NCBI GenBank assembly: GCA_045588675.1
Contig: JAZNER010000004.1
Span: forward strand, 12,498 to 76,497
Source: Eubacteriales bacterium
Lineage (GTDB): Bacteria > Bacillota > Clostridia > Oscillospirales > CAG-272
Reading direction: 5' to 3'
Length of the DNA: 64,000 nucleotides
Of this stretch, positions 10,426 through 22,577 are shown one piece after another. A model generated the notes under the pieces. That model had not been told where the DNA came from and ran no database searches. It worked only from the letters and a program-made list of their open reading frames with translations. Positions within the stretch are counted from its first letter, which is position 1; each line of letters starts with the position of its first letter. The position numbers and the translations under genes are program-made.

Positions 10426-13400
10426 TTAAACTGCTTCTATGCCTTCGCCTTCAACTGAATTAAAGCCGTTTACATCGGAGCTGTCTGCACCCTGATTGTT
10501 ATCGGGGGTATTGTCAGGGTCGTTTGAACGAGCCACGTCAATATTATGATAGCAACCCATACCTGTACCTGCGGGAATAAGCTTACCAATAATAACGTTT
10601 TCTTTAAGACCGAGAAGGTTATCGACCTTACCTCTGATAGCTGCCTCTGTAAGAACCTTTGTTGTTTCCTGGAAGGAAGCTGCTGACAGGAATGACTCAG
10701 TCTGCAAGGAAGCCTTTGTAATACCGAGAAGCACAGGAGCGCCTTCGGCAAGCTTGAGGTTCTCTTCTCCGTTGTCAATTCTCGCTTGAATTTTATTGTT
10801 TTCTGCTTCGAAATCAATAACATCAACAAGAGATCCAAGCAAGAGGTCTGTATCGCCGTTTTCGTCAACCTTGATTTTTCTTGTCATCTGACGAGCGATA
10901 ATTTCAATATGCTTATCGTTAACGTTACAAGACTGTGAACGGTAAACCTTCTGGGTTTCCTTGATAACATATTCATAAACGGCATCAAGACCAAGAATAC
11001 GCATAATATCTGCGGGAGATTTGTTACCCTCTGTGAGAGCATCACCAATCTCAACATGGTCGCCGTCGTTAACTGTAAGACGAACACCGTAAGGAACATC
11101 AATCTTCTTATATTCCTGAGTTGTGAAATCGCCCTGGTGGTCGGCGTGGATTGTGAGCACGCTCATACCGGGTATCTCGCCGGGTTGAACGTGAACGATA
11201 CCTGCCTGCTCTGCCATAATAGCAGCCTTCTTGGGCTGTCTTGCCTCGAAGATTTCTTCAACTCTGGGAAGACCCTGAGTAATATCGCTTCCTGCGACAC
11301 CGCCCGAGTGGAAGGTTCTCATCGTAAGCTGTGTACCCGGCTCACCGATAGACTGAGCCGCGATGATACCAACAGCCTCACCGATATTAACAGGCTTACC
11401 TGACGCCAGGTCAGCGCCGTAGCAGTGAGCACAAATACCGTTCTTCGCGTGACACTGAATAACGGTTCTGATATAAACCTTGTCAATGCCTGCCTTAACG
11501 ATCTGGTTAGCCATCTCGTCGGTTATCATTACGTCGTCGTCAACGATAACCTCACCGCTTTCGGGGTGAATAACGGGGCCCATTGTATATCTGCCGACAA
11601 TTCTGTCCTGAAGAGGCTCAAGAACATTCTTATCGTCAAGAATTTCGTTGACCCACGCGCCCTTTGTAGTATCACACTTGTCCTCACGGATAATAACCTC
11701 TTGAGCAACGTCAACAAGACGTCGTGTAAGGTAACCCGAGTCTGCGGTACGGAGAGCTGTATCTGAAAGTGACTTACGAGAGGAACGAGCACCCATAAAG
11801 TACTCTGTGATGTTAAGACCCTCACGGAAGTTTGATTTGATCGGGATTTCCATAGTTTTACCGCTGGTCGAGAACATAAGTCCACGCATACCTGCGAGCT
11901 GACGCATCTGTGTCATAGAACCACGGGCACCTGAGTCTGCCATGATCTTAATTGGGTTGTAGGTTGAGAAGGAAGCATTAAGAGCGCTTGTAACGTTCTC
12001 TGTTGTATCGTTCCAAACCTTGATAACCGAGTTGTATCTCTCCTCTTCGGAAAGCTCACCGCGCATAAAGTGCTTGGAGATCTTGTCAACGTCCTTCTGA
12101 GCCTGCTCGATATAATTCTTCTTCTCTGCGGGAATTGTCATATCGTAAACCGAGATAGAGAAGGAAGCTCTTGTTGAGTACTTATAACCCATAGCCTTGA
12201 TATCATCAAGCATATTTGCACAAACTGCGCTTCCGTGCTTTTTGATACAGTAGTCAATTATCTGACCTAACTGCTTCTTTTTAACGACCATATCGATTTC
12301 AAGCTTGAAATCGTTTTCGGGGTTTGTTCTGTCAACAAATCCGAGGTCCTGAGGCAAGGGCTTGTTGAATATCAAGCGTCCGAGCGTTGTGTCTATAATC
12401 TTTGAACGAACTACGCCGTCAAATTCTTTTTCAATTCTGACCTTGATCTTGGAGTGAAGACCGATAATGCCGTTTTCATACGCCATATTAGCCTCGTCAA
12501 AGTTTCTGAATACCTTACCTTCACCGGGTTCTCCGTCCTTTTCCATTGTAAGATAGTAAGAACCGAGAATCATATCCTGTGTAGGCGTTGCAACTGCACG
12601 GCCGTCCATAGGCTTGAGCAGGTTGTTAGCGGAAAGCATCAGGAAACGAGCTTCAGCCTGTGCCTCTGCAGAGAGCGGTACGTGAACAGGCATCTGGTCA
12701 CCGTCGAAGTCGGCGTTAAACGCTGTACATACAAGAGGGTGAAGCTTGATTGCGCGTCCGTCAACAAGTACAGGCTCAAACGCCTGAATAGAAAGACGGT
12801 GAAGTGTAGGCGCACGGTTAAGAAGCACGGGGTGCTCCTTGATTACGTTTTCGAGTGCGTCCCAAACATCAGGATGTACTCTTTCAATCTTCTTTTGAGC
12901 ATCCTTTACGTTTGTGGCCTTGCCCATTTCGGTAAGTCTTTTTACAACGAAGGGCTTGAAGAGCTCAAGAGCCATTTCGCGAGGAAGACCGCACTGATAA
13001 ATCTTAAGCGAAGGACCAACGACGATAACTGAACGTCCCGAATAGTCAACACGCTTACCAAGAAGGTTCTGACGGAAGCGTCCCTGCTTACCGCGAAGCA
13101 TCTCGGAGAGCGATTTGTATGCTCTGTTTGAAGAGCCTGTAACAGGCTTTCCGCGGCGGCCGTTGTCAATAAGCGCGTCAACTGCCTCCTGAAGCATTCT
13201 CTTTTCGTTTCTGATAACGATATCGGGTGTCTTTATTTCAAGAAGCTTTTTAAGACGGTTGTTTCTGGAGATAACGCGTCTGTAAAGCTCGTTGAGGTCA
13301 CTGGATGCAAATCTTCCGCCGTCAAGCTGGACCATAGGTCTTATATCGGGGGGAAGAACGGGAATAGTATCGAGAATCATCCACTCAAGCTTGTTGCCTG

Positions 13401-14055
13401 ATTTTCTGAATGCCTCGATTACCTCAAGTCTTTTAATAAGTCTGGTTTTCTTCTGACCTGTTGCAGCAAGAAGCTCGTTCTTGATTTCTGCCGCAAGCTC
13501 CTCTACATTCACCTTTGAAAGAAGCTCTTTGATTGCCTGAGCGCCCATTCCTACGCGGAATTCATCCTCGTACATTTCGCGGTATTCCATATACTGCTTC
13601 TCGGAAAGGACTGTGCCGGGAACGAGAGGAGTTTTTCCTCCGTCGATAACTACATTTTCTGCAAAGTAAAGAACCTGTTCAAGCTGCTTTGGCGACATGT
13701 CGAGCACGAGAGCCATTCTTGAGGGGATAGTCTTAAAGTACCAGATGTGAGATACGGGAGCTGCAAGCTCAATATGTCCCATTCTGTCACGTCTGACCTT
13801 TTTGGTCGTAACGTCAACGCCGCACTTCTCGCACTTTCTAACTTCCTTGGAATGAGAATTTTTGTACTTTCCGCACATACAAGCGCCGTCCTTTGTAGGA
13901 CCGAAGATACGCTCGCAGAAAAGACCGCCAATCTCTGCTTTTAGAGTCCTGTAGTTAATAGTCTCAGGCTTTGTAACCTCGCCGTAAGACCACTCTCTAA
14001 TCATTTCCGGAGATGCCAGACCTATTTTTATAGATGAAAATTCATTATGTTGCAC
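10426..14055 (-). CDS. rpoC: RNA polymerase beta' subunit
   Basis: 1209 aa, containing NADFDGDQM and Zn-binding Cys clusters. Confidence 0.98.
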   Translation of the reverse strand: MQHNEFSSIKIGLASPEMIREWSYGEVTKPETINYRTLKAEIGGLFCERIFGPTKDGACMCGKYKNSHSKEVRKCEKCGVDVTTKKVRRDRMGHIELAAPVSHIWYFKTIPSRMALVLDMSPKQLEQVLYFAENVVIDGGKTPLVPGTVLSEKQYMEYREMYEDEFRVGMGAQAIKELLSKVNVEELAAEIKNELLAATGQKKTRLIKRLEVIEAFRKSGNKLEWMILDTIPVLPPDIRPMVQLDGGRFASSDLNELYRRVISRNNRLKKLLEIKTPDIVIRNEKRMLQEAVDALIDNGRRGKPVTGSSNRAYKSLSEMLRGKQGRFRQNLLGKRVDYSGRSVIVVGPSLKIYQCGLPREMALELFKPFVVKRLTEMGKATNVKDAQKKIERVHPDVWDALENVIKEHPVLLNRAPTLHRLSIQAFEPVLVDGRAIKLHPLVCTAFNADFDGDQMPVHVPLSAEAQAEARFLMLSANNLLKPMDGRAVATPTQDMILGSYYLTMEKDGEPGEGKVFRNFDEANMAYENGIIGLHSKIKVRIEKEFDGVVRSKIIDTTLGRLIFNKPLPQDLGFVDRTNPENDFKLEIDMVVKKKQLGQIIDYCIKKHGSAVCANMLDDIKAMGYKYSTRASFSISVYDMTIPAEKKNYIEQAQKDVDKISKHFMRGELSEEERYNSVIKVWNDTTENVTSALNASFSTYNPIKIMADSGARGSMTQMRQLAGMRGLMFSTSGKTMEIPIKSNFREGLNITEYFMGARSSRKSLSDTALRTADSGYLTRRLVDVAQEVIIREDKCDTTKGAWVNEILDDKNVLEPLQDRIVGRYTMGPVIHPESGEVIVDDDVMITDEMANQIVKAGIDKVYIRTVIQCHAKNGICAHCYGADLASGKPVNIGEAVGIIAAQSIGEPGTQLTMRTFHSGGVAGSDITQGLPRVEEIFEARQPKKAAIMAEQAGIVHVQPGEIPGMSVLTIHADHQGDFTTQEYKKIDVPYGVRLTVNDGDHVEIGDALTEGNKSPADIMRILGLDAVYEYVIKETQKVYRSQSCNVNDKHIEIIARQMTRKIKVDENGDTDLLLGSLVDVIDFEAENNKIQARIDNGEENLKLAEGAPVLLGITKASLQTESFLSAASFQETTKVLTEAAIRGKVDNLLGLKENVIIGKLIPAGTGMGCYHNIDVARSNDPDNTPDNNQGADSSDVNGFNSVEGEGIEAV

Positions 14056-14138
14056 AGCTGTTCTCCTAACTGTTTACTGTTTTTGTAGAATTTTTATTTC
14101 CCTCGCTCTCGGCTTTTTGCCGAGAGCGACAGGTGTTT

Positions 14139-17100
14139 TTACTCGTATAAATCCGAGTCTTCAAAGTTTGCAGGGTCAAAATCCTCGCTTAAATCGTAAT
14201 CCTCATCTTCAATGGGATTTCCGTTCTCATCTTCGAACTGGAAGGATGCACGAAGCTCATCCTCGTCCTGATGCATTCCCTGAAGTCCGGCAAGATCATC
14301 AAGAGGCTTGCCTGAATACTGAGGTCCGTCATCATCATTGCAGAGAGTAGAAAGCTGAATTTCCTCTCCGTCCTTGTTGAGAACGCGTACATCAAGCGCC
14401 AAAGCCTGAAGCTCTTTTACAAGAACCTTGAAGGATTCGGGAACGCCCGGTGTAGGAATGTTCTGTCCCTTGATAATTGCTTCGTAAGCCTTGCGGCGTC
14501 CGTTAATATCGTCGGACTTAACTGTAAGGATTTCCTGAAGTGTATAAGCCGCGCCGTAAGCCTCAAGAGCCCAAACTTCCATCTCACCGAATCTCTGACC
14601 CCCAAACTGCGCCTTACCGCCGAGAGGCTGCTGAGTAACGAGAGAGTATGGACCGTTGGAACGGGCGTGTACCTTATCGTCAACCAAGTGGTGAAGCTTT
14701 AAGTAGTACATGATACCAACAGTTACAGGGTTATCAAAGGGCTCGCCCGTACGGCCGTCGTAAACAATAGTCTTACCGTCAAAGAGCTTAAGCTTATGTT
14801 GAAGTCTGAGGCTCTCGCAGTATTCGCGGTCTGCCTTTTCCTCTGCAGAGAGAAGTCTGTACTCCTTGTTACCGTCCTCGCACTCGATTTCTTCATAGAG
14901 GTCCTTGCCTTCGGGATTTTCGTTGGCAAACAGATCACGGCAATAGCCAGCCTTCTTCAAGCATTCTGCAATATCCTGCTCGTTAGCTCCGTCAAATACG
15001 GGAGTCATGATCTTCCAGCCGAGCTTCTTGGACGCCATGCCAAGATGCACCTCAAGCACCTGACCGATATTCATACGGGAAGGAACGCCGAGGGGGTTAA
15101 GACAAATGTCAAGAGGAGTACCGTCGGGCAAGAAGGGCATATCCTCAGGCGGCAGGATGCGTGAAACGACACCCTTGTTACCGTGACGACCCGCCATCTT
15201 ATCGCCGACAGAGATTTTTCTCTTCTGAGCAATATAAAGCTTAACGATTTTATTAACACCTGTGGGAAGCTCGTCGCCTGCCTCGTGTGAGAACACACGA
15301 ACATCTACAACTACGCCAGACTCACCGTGAGGAACACGGAGAGAAGTATCTCTTACCTCTCTTGCCTTTTCGCCGAAGATCGCGCGGAGCAATCTTTCCT
15401 CAGCTGTGAGCTCTGTTTCTCCCTTAGGAGTAATCTTACCTACAAGAATGTCACCCGCTCTTACCTCAGTTCCCTTCTTAACGATACCCTCTGCGTTAAG
15501 GTCCTTAAGCGCGTCGTCGCCGACGTTGGGAATCTCTCTGGTAATTTCCTCAGGGCCGAGCTTTGTATCTCTTGCCTCGTGGGTGTATTCTTCAATATGA
15601 ATAGATGTGTAAATATCATCTCTTACAAGCTTTTCGTTAAGAAGAACGGCGTCCTCGTAGTTATAACCCTCCCAGGTCATAAATCCGATAAGAGCGTTCT
15701 TACCGAGAGCAACCTCGCCGTTTGCTGTTGCAGGACCGTCGGCAATAACCTCGCCCGCTTCAACACGCTGGCCTCTCTTAACAATAGGCTTCTGGTTTAC
15801 ACAGTTGGATTGGTTACTTCTCTTAAACTTAATAAGATTGTAAACATCCTTTCTGCCGTCATCTCTGACGATTGTAATGCTGTTGGCGTCAACGCGCTCA
15901 ACAACACCCGCTTCTTTTGCAACTACAACAACGCCTGAGTCAACAGCCGCCTTGTATTCCATACCTGTACCGACGATAGGAGAGTCGGTAACAAGAAGCG
16001 GAACAGCCTGCTTCTGCATGTTTGAACCCATAAGAGCACGGGAGTTGTCATCGTTTTCAAGGAAGGGGATACAAGCGGTAGCAACAGATACAACCATCTT
16101 AGGAGATACGTCCATGAAGTCAACGCGAGAAACGTCAACCTCCATAATCTCTGTTTTATCTCTTGCAACTATCTTTTTATTAACAAAGTGTCCGTTGTCG
16201 TCAAGAGGCTCGTTACCCTGAGCAACGATATACTTGTCCTCAACGTCAGCGGTCATATAAACAACCTCGTCTGTAACGATATGGTCAACGTTACCGTTCT
16301 CTCCGGGAACGTGAATAACCTTACGGTAAGGAGCTTCGATAAAGCCATAATCGTTTATGCGAGCGTATGTTGTAAGGTAGGAAATAAGACCGATATTAGG
16401 TCCTTCAGGTGTTTCGATAGGACACATACGGCCATAGTGGGTGTAGTGTACGTCACGAACATCAAAGGAAGCGCGGTCACGGGTAAGACCGCCAGGACCG
16501 AGAGCTGACACACGGCGCTTGTGAGTAAGCTCTGCAAGCGGCTTGTTCTGGTCCATGAACTGAGAAAGCTGGCTTGAACCGAAGAACTCACGAATTGCGG
16601 TAGCAACAGGTCTTGTGTTGATAAGAGCCTGAGGAGTGAGCTTCTCGTTGTCCTGAGTAGTCATTCTTTCCTTTATGATCTTATCCATTCTTGAGAAACC
16701 GATTCTCATCTGGTTCTGAAGCTGCTCGCCTACAGAACGAACTCTCTTGTTTCCAAGGTGGTCAGTATCGTCAACAGTTCCGACATTGTGTGTAAGGTTA
16801 AGCAAATAGCTTATCGTTGCATAGATGTCGTCCTTTGTGATATGCTTGGGGCAAAGCTCATACAGTCTTTCCTTTGCCATTTCCTTGATAGCGTCTATAT
16901 CGCCGCCGCAGGCCTCGATAATTTCCTGAAGAACTGCGGTTCTTACCTTTTCGTTGATTCCGCAATCCTTGAGGTCACAGCCGAGAATATATTCAGGCTC
17001 GATCGTATTGTTAGATACGACCTTGATCACTTCACCGTTTTCAAGCTCCAAAAGAACCTCGTTTACGGCGTTGTGCTCAACATTGAGAGCCATTTCGGGC

Positions 17101-18062
17101 GAAAGAACTGTTCCCTTTTCATAGAGAACCTCTCCCGTAAGAACGCTTACAACATCCTCTGCAAGCTTCTGATTGGCAATTCTTGCATTGATTGCCATCT
17201 TGCTGTCGAACTTGTAACGGCCTACGCTTGCAATATCATATCTTCTTGCGTCAAAGAAATAGTTTGTAATCAACTGCTGTGCCGACTCAACGAGCGGGGG
17301 CTCGCCGGGACGGAGCTTTTTATAAATTTCCTTGAGAGATTCAATAGTCGGGTCTGTTCCGTTCTCGTCTGCCAGTCTTTCGCTCTCGTCCTTGTCAAGA
17401 GTTGCGATAAGTCTTGCATCTTCGCCGAACATTTTGAAAATATCCTCACGGTGAGTAAGTCCTAATGCGCGGACAAACATAGTAAGGGGCATTTTACGGT
17501 TTTTGTCAATACGAACATAGAGAACACCGTTGATGTCGCTTTCATATTCAAGCCAAGCACCTCTGTAAGGAATAACCTGAGCCGCGTATGTCTTCTTACC
17601 TGTCTTGTCAACCGTTGATGAGTAGTACATTCCGGGAGAACGCACAAGCTGAGAAACTATAACTCTCTCCGCGCCGTTAATAACGAAAGTACCTGTGTCT
17701 GTCATCAAGGGGAAATCACCAAGATAAATATCCGAATATTTAACATCTCCTGCCTGCTTGTTAGTCAAGCGAACATTGACCTTCAAGGGTGCCGCGTAGT
17801 TTACGTCACGCTCCTTGCACTCTTCAACAGGATACTTCGGCTTTGTGTCAATAGAATAAGAAATGAAATCTATTGACAGATTTCCCGAGTAGTCGGTGAT
17901 AGGCGAAACGTCGCGCAATACCTCCATAAGTCCTTCCTTTAAGAACCATTCAAAAGACTTTGTCTGGACTTCTACAAGGTTGGGCATTTCGAGATTGAAA
18001 CGCGAACGCGAAAAGGACATTCTCGTATTCTTTCCGAGTTTTTGCTCTTTTACATTGACCAT
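14139..18062 (-). CDS. rpoB: RNA polymerase beta subunit
   Basis: I place the start at ATG 18062 ([19 protein letters not shown]...), after a GGAGTGA SD. The 19 extra codons in the track ORF are unlikely to be translated. The protein carries an acidic C-terminal tail. Confidence 0.97.
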   Translation of the reverse strand: MVNVKEQKLGKNTRMSFSRSRFNLEMPNLVEVQTKSFEWFLKEGLMEVLRDVSPITDYSGNLSIDFISYSIDTKPKYPVEECKERDVNYAAPLKVNVRLTNKQAGDVKYSDIYLGDFPLMTDTGTFVINGAERVIVSQLVRSPGMYYSSTVDKTGKKTYAAQVIPYRGAWLEYESDINGVLYVRIDKNRKMPLTMFVRALGLTHREDIFKMFGEDARLIATLDKDESERLADENGTDPTIESLKEIYKKLRPGEPPLVESAQQLITNYFFDARRYDIASVGRYKFDSKMAINARIANQKLAEDVVSVLTGEVLYEKGTVLSPEMALNVEHNAVNEVLLELENGEVIKVVSNNTIEPEYILGCDLKDCGINEKVRTAVLQEIIEACGGDIDAIKEMAKERLYELCPKHITKDDIYATISYLLNLTHNVGTVDDTDHLGNKRVRSVGEQLQNQMRIGFSRMDKIIKERMTTQDNEKLTPQALINTRPVATAIREFFGSSQLSQFMDQNKPLAELTHKRRVSALGPGGLTRDRASFDVRDVHYTHYGRMCPIETPEGPNIGLISYLTTYARINDYGFIEAPYRKVIHVPGENGNVDHIVTDEVVYMTADVEDKYIVAQGNEPLDDNGHFVNKKIVARDKTEIMEVDVSRVDFMDVSPKMVVSVATACIPFLENDDNSRALMGSNMQKQAVPLLVTDSPIVGTGMEYKAAVDSGVVVVAKEAGVVERVDANSITIVRDDGRKDVYNLIKFKRSNQSNCVNQKPIVKRGQRVEAGEVIADGPATANGEVALGKNALIGFMTWEGYNYEDAVLLNEKLVRDDIYTSIHIEEYTHEARDTKLGPEEITREIPNVGDDALKDLNAEGIVKKGTEVRAGDILVGKITPKGETELTAEERLLRAIFGEKAREVRDTSLRVPHGESGVVVDVRVFSHEAGDELPTGVNKIVKLYIAQKRKISVGDKMAGRHGNKGVVSRILPPEDMPFLPDGTPLDICLNPLGVPSRMNIGQVLEVHLGMASKKLGWKIMTPVFDGANEQDIAECLKKAGYCRDLFANENPEGKDLYEEIECEDGNKEYRLLSAEEKADREYCESLRLQHKLKLFDGKTIVYDGRTGEPFDNPVTVGIMYYLKLHHLVDDKVHARSNGPYSLVTQQPLGGKAQFGGQRFGEMEVWALEAYGAAYTLQEILTVKSDDINGRRKAYEAIIKGQNIPTPGVPESFKVLVKELQALALDVRVLNKDGEEIQLSTLCNDDDGPQYSGKPLDDLAGLQGMHQDEDELRASFQFEDENGNPIEDEDYDLSEDFDPANFEDSDLYE

Positions 18063-18270
18063 TAAATCAATCACTCCATTCGATAATATGTACCCAAAGC
18101 GAAAAAACCCAAAAAACAAATGGATTTTGTCGGTTTTTGGCTGCTTGTATTAAAAAACTGCATAAACAAGCGATTATAATGCAGTTTACAATTATATCAC
18201 AAAAAGTCAAGATTGTCAATAGGATTTTTCAAGTTTTTTAAAAATTTTTTAAAAATTTTCCAAAAGACAC

Positions 18271-18321
18271 AAAAAGGGGAAAAATAGGCTGTATCAACGC
18301 CTTATGACTTGATACAGCCTA
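18271..18321 (-). terminator. intrinsic terminator after the CapD-like gene
   Basis: Hairpin TAGGCTGTATCAA...TTGATACAGCCTA followed by TTTTTCCCCTTTTT on the minus strand. Confidence 0.7.
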
Positions 18322-18381
18322 TTTTGAAGTTTTTACTTTAAGCAATTCGTATTATATAATTAATGTAACTCTTTTTGAAAA

Positions 18382-20304
18382 TCAAACCTCTGCCAAACGC
18401 ATTTCCTTGGAATTGCTTGCAACACTGTTGATTTCCTCAGGGTCGCAGAAGGTAGGCACTACTCTCTTGATTGCCTGCTTTATGAGCGGAGAACCGACCT
18501 CGGAGTGTGATTTGTTGACCGCCTCTGTCAGTATTGCGAGCTTTTCGTCAACCTCGGCGCGAGATAGCGGAGCTTCACGCTCGATGAATATCATATCGTT
18601 GCTTGTTTTATCAAGCTCCTCGGTTTTGATGAGAAGCTCCTCGTATAGCTTTTCTCCGGGGCGCAGGCCTATCTCCTTGATTTCAATGTCCTTGTGCGGC
18701 TCAAGCCCCGAAAGCTTGATCATATTGAGCGCAAGGTCATATATTTTGATCGGCTTGCCCATATCAAGAACGAACAGCTCTCCCCTCTTTGCCATAAAGC
18801 CCGCCTCCATAACAAGCTGGCTTGCCTCGGGAATAGTCATAAAATATCTTATAATTCGCTTATCGGTTATTGTAATCGGGCCGCCCTGCTCGATCTGGTT
18901 TTTAAAGAGCGGGATTACCGAGCCGTTTGAGCCGAGAACATTTCCAAAGCGAACAGCGGTAAACGCCGTTTTGCTATCCTTGCGGCATTCCACGATAAAT
19001 TCGCACATTCTCTTTGACGCGCCCATAATGTTTGTGGGATTAACAGCCTTGTCGGTTGAAATCAGAATAAATTTCTGCACGCCGTGCTTTTCAGCCATAT
19101 CGGCGGTGTTGTATGTACCAAGACAGTTATTTTTGATTGCCTCGCAGCCGCTATGCTCCATAAGCGGAACATGCTTGTGTGCAGCCGCGTGGAAAACTAT
19201 GTCAGGCTTGTAATATGCAAAGATCGCATCAAGCCTTTCCCTGTCGCGAACTGAGGCGATCTCAACGCAAAGGTCGAGAGAGCCTTTATATTTTCGGTTA
19301 AGCTCCTGCTCAATCGCGTAAGCATTGTTTTCGTAAATGTCAAGCACTATCAAACGCTTAGGCGAGCATTTTGCAACCTGACGGCAAAGCTCACTTCCGA
19401 TCGAGCCTCCGCCGCCTGTGATCAATATAGTTTTGCCCGAATAATATTTGCCTGTTGCGGAATTGTTGATTTTAAGAGACTGTCTGAAAAGCAAGTCCTC
19501 AATTTCAAAGTTTCTGATGCTTTTTGATGCTCTCTCTCCCTCATCTTCAAAGAAGTCTTTAACGGGAACATCATATATTTTAAGCTTGCAGGAGGTTTGG
19601 CTGTAAAATTTGAAGAGTGAATTTGCCTTTTCTGCATCAAGATTTCCCATTGCTATGAAAATCTCGGAAATCTGAGCCAGTTTAATTCTCTCCAGAATAT
19701 CATCGTCTTCAGAATATACCTTAAGCCCTGCAACTCTGCCGCCTATTTTAGACGGGTCGTTATCTATAAAAAAGACAGGTTTGTATTGAGATTTTGGATT
19801 ACACAACAGCTCGTTGGTAAGAAATGCGCCGAACTGACCCGCGCCGACGATAGCAACGCGTATCTGGTCTATTTCAGAGGAAGGAGTATTATACTTATGC
19901 TTATAGATCAATCTGTAAGCAAATCTTGACATAATAGTTAAGAGTGCGTTAAGCGGCGCAACTATCGCAAAAAATGTCAAGCCCTCGTACAGACCGCAAA
20001 CATATGACACTATAATTGCCAAGATAGTTCCCAAAAAATCAGCCAATACCAGATTGAAATAGGTGCGTGTTCTTGTATATCTCCAGATGCTCATATATGT
20101 TTTCACACCAAAGCGGAAAAGCATTATAGAGAGCAAGAGCAGAGCCGAATTGCCAATCAGGTGACCGACAGTTGCCTGCATAGCAAGCTCTGGAATAGAG
20201 AGCATCAGGAAATAGATGGCAGCTATCAGTGCAAAGCAAAAGCAATCAAAAGCTATTAAAATAAGAGTTCTAATTTTACCGACGATAAAATTTTTGAAAT
20301 TCAT
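18382..20304 (-). CDS. membrane-anchored polysaccharide biosynthesis protein, CapD/WbpM-type NDP-sugar 4,6-dehydratase
   Basis: 640 aa. N-terminal TM helices, two Rossmann motifs (VAIVGAGQFG and ITGGGGSIG), and the CapD-like core. Confidence 0.85.
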   Translation of the reverse strand: MNFKNFIVGKIRTLILIAFDCFCFALIAAIYFLMLSIPELAMQATVGHLIGNSALLLLSIMLFRFGVKTYMSIWRYTRTRTYFNLVLADFLGTILAIIVSYVCGLYEGLTFFAIVAPLNALLTIMSRFAYRLIYKHKYNTPSSEIDQIRVAIVGAGQFGAFLTNELLCNPKSQYKPVFFIDNDPSKIGGRVAGLKVYSEDDDILERIKLAQISEIFIAMGNLDAEKANSLFKFYSQTSCKLKIYDVPVKDFFEDEGERASKSIRNFEIEDLLFRQSLKINNSATGKYYSGKTILITGGGGSIGSELCRQVAKCSPKRLIVLDIYENNAYAIEQELNRKYKGSLDLCVEIASVRDRERLDAIFAYYKPDIVFHAAAHKHVPLMEHSGCEAIKNNCLGTYNTADMAEKHGVQKFILISTDKAVNPTNIMGASKRMCEFIVECRKDSKTAFTAVRFGNVLGSNGSVIPLFKNQIEQGGPITITDKRIIRYFMTIPEASQLVMEAGFMAKRGELFVLDMGKPIKIYDLALNMIKLSGLEPHKDIEIKEIGLRPGEKLYEELLIKTEELDKTSNDMIFIEREAPLSRAEVDEKLAILTEAVNKSHSEVGSPLIKQAIKRVVPTFCDPEEINSVASNSKEMRLAEV

Positions 20305-20456
20305 AAAACAATTCCTTCATTTGTTTTTATTTGCGCAGTAAAAATATGTAAAATTTAAATTCAATATATACTCCATTATATCACAAATATAAACTGTTGT
20401 CAAGGTCGAACAAAATGACAAAAAATTACAAAGCGTTTCAAATAATTACAAAAATT

Positions 20457-21734
20457 CTATTTATGCTCAGCCGTCATCAGCTGTATAATGGTTCTGTCTG
20501 TGTCGCACATTCCGCGCTTTGCAAGCTCTCCTATGTTGCGAATCGTGTTTTCAACTCCCTTGACGATTATTCCGTCGCCGCCGTAAAATTGGCTGTTATT
20601 CTTCTGCATTTGCATTCCAAGCAATCCCGCCTCGACCGCGGATGCTATTTTTGCGGCACAGCTTGCTTTAGCGCCATCGCATATCATACCCGAGTTGATT
20701 GCTACGGCGTTTACGACCGTGTGCGCAATCTCACGGAACCTGCCGCCGTAAAGATAACAAATTCCTGCACCTGCCCCGCAGCCCGCGCTTGTAGCACCGC
20801 AATAAGCAGACAGGCGTCCAATTCCTGTTTTCATATGTATAGTAATCAGATTTGAAACAATAAGCGCACGATAAAGCTCGTCGGCAGAGGATTTCAGCTC
20901 CTCGGCGTATATGATTACAGGGAGAGATGCGGTAAGCCCTTGATTTCCGCTTCCCGAATTAATAACAACGGGTAATTCGCAGCCATTCATTCGAGCGTCG
21001 GAGCCTGCGGCGGCGTAAGCCTTTGCCCTGTTATGAACATTGTCGCCGTAAGCGCGAAGCAAAATTTTACCTATGTTTGCCCCGTAATTGCCTCGAAGTC
21101 CCTCTTTGGCAATCGCCATATTGCAATCAATCTGCCTTTGAAGAACAGGCTTGACCTCTTCAATTTTTACGCAATCGGCAAATTTAACTATATCCTCAAC
21201 ATTCAAAAGGCTTCTGTCGGTTACATCGGCGCTTTCCTCTTCGGCATAGTGCTTGGAAAATATCTTTTTTCCGTCTTTTTTTATTGAAATAACATTCGTA
21301 TGATGCCCCGCGATTTCAACCGACGCGGAATGCTCCTCGTCTGTAAGCTTTACCTTTATATCAAAAATGAACGGCTTTTTAGATTGCTTTACCGAAATAC
21401 TTGCGCTGTCAAGATATGACTTGATTTGTGCCATCTGATGCTCTGAAACATCGGATATGACCTGCAAAGCGGCATCTGCATCCCCCGCAATTATGCCCGC
21501 CGCCGCCGCGGCGGAAAGGCCGCGCAGACCGTTGGTGTGAGGAACAACTACGCTTTTTACATTTTTAATTATATTGGCGCTTGCAAAAATATCAACCCTG
21601 GCAGGAATAGAGCCGAGCGTTTTTCTCGCAAGCGCGGCGGCATATGCAACCGCGATAGGCTCGGTGCAGCCCATAGCGAGCAAAAGCTCCTCGTTAAGTA
21701 TCTTTAAATATTCGTTGTAAATTTTTTCGTCCAT
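20457..21734 (-). CDS. UPF0597/YhaM-type L-cysteine desulfidase family protein
   Basis: 425 aa. LAMGCTEPIAVAYAAA at the N-terminus and the SGSGNQG motif. Confidence 0.8.
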   Translation of the reverse strand: MDEKIYNEYLKILNEELLLAMGCTEPIAVAYAAALARKTLGSIPARVDIFASANIIKNVKSVVVPHTNGLRGLSAAAAAGIIAGDADAALQVISDVSEHQMAQIKSYLDSASISVKQSKKPFIFDIKVKLTDEEHSASVEIAGHHTNVISIKKDGKKIFSKHYAEEESADVTDRSLLNVEDIVKFADCVKIEEVKPVLQRQIDCNMAIAKEGLRGNYGANIGKILLRAYGDNVHNRAKAYAAAGSDARMNGCELPVVINSGSGNQGLTASLPVIIYAEELKSSADELYRALIVSNLITIHMKTGIGRLSAYCGATSAGCGAGAGICYLYGGRFREIAHTVVNAVAINSGMICDGAKASCAAKIASAVEAGLLGMQMQKNNSQFYGGDGIIVKGVENTIRNIGELAKRGMCDTDRTIIQLMTAEHK

Positions 21735-21979
21735 TATTTATGTTCCCTTTTTAAGCTGTTATGGCATATATAATTATGATACCATATTTTTACAGATTTT
21801 TCAAGAGGAAGATAGTAGCTGTTGACAATAGAAGCAGGTTTTTCCGTGCAAAATTTCAATATTTTCCAAATAAGCGACAGTATAAATCTCTAAAATCTAA
21901 CAAATAATAACAAATGTAAGCATCCAAAGGTAATTTTTGAATATTTAAAAGCTTCGATTATAATGAAAGGATTAAAAAA

Positions 21980-22525
21980 ATGAAAGCAACAGGAATAGTA
22001 AGGCGAATTGACGACCTTGGGAGAGTTGTAATCCCTAAGGAAATCAGAAGAACTATGAGAATACGCGAGGGCGACCCGCTTGAAATATTTACAGATAGAG
22101 ATGGAGAGGTTATTTTCAAAAAATACTCTCCTATTGGAGAGTTGACCGCATTCGCGGCGCAGTATGCAGAAACCTTGCACAAGACCTGCGACTTGTCGGT
22201 GGTTATTTGTGACAGAGATTCTGTCGTGGCGTGCGCGGGCGTTTCTAAAAAGGAATATCTCGACAAATCACTGTCAAGCGAAGCAGAGGCGATTTGCGAG
22301 GGCAGAAGCATGTATGTCCGCAAGGAAGGAGATGCTAAGCTCTCTCCCCTGTCAGACGGCGGAAGCCATTATATCAATTGCGCTATGCCGATTATAAGCG
22401 AAGGTGATGTGGTCGGTTGCGTTGCTTCTCTCGTTCCAAACGATGTAGAGGCATATCCCGAATCGGTGGAGAGCAAGCTTGTTCAGACTGCTGCAGGATT
22501 TCTCGGCAGACAGCTTGAGGGCTGA
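21980..22525 (+). CDS. spoVT: stage V sporulation protein T (AbrB-type N-terminus plus GAF-like C-terminus)
   Basis: 181 aa: MKATGIVRRIDDLGRVVIPKEIRRTMRIREGDPLEIF. Confidence 0.9.
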   Translation: MKATGIVRRIDDLGRVVIPKEIRRTMRIREGDPLEIFTDRDGEVIFKKYSPIGELTAFAAQYAETLHKTCDLSVVICDRDSVVACAGVSKKEYLDKSLSSEAEAICEGRSMYVRKEGDAKLSPLSDGGSHYINCAMPIISEGDVVGCVASLVPNDVEAYPESVESKLVQTAAGFLGRQLEG

Positions 22526-22526
22526 T

Positions 22527-22574
22527 AAAAAAACAAAAACGGTGGATTGCAATTTGCAAATCCACCGTTTTTTC
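22527..22574. terminator. bidirectional terminator between spoVT and the YitT-like gene
   Basis: Hairpin CGGTGGATTGCAA..TTGCAAATCCACCG flanked by an A-run and a T-run. Confidence 0.8.
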
Positions 22575-22577
22575 ATA

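Noticed and set aside
14056-14138. Hairpin CGCTCTCGGC-TTTTTG-CCGAGAGCG between rpoB and rpoC, considered as a terminator.
   Set aside because: There is no U-tract on the coding (minus) strand and rpoBC are normally co-transcribed. At most it is an attenuator or processing hairpin.
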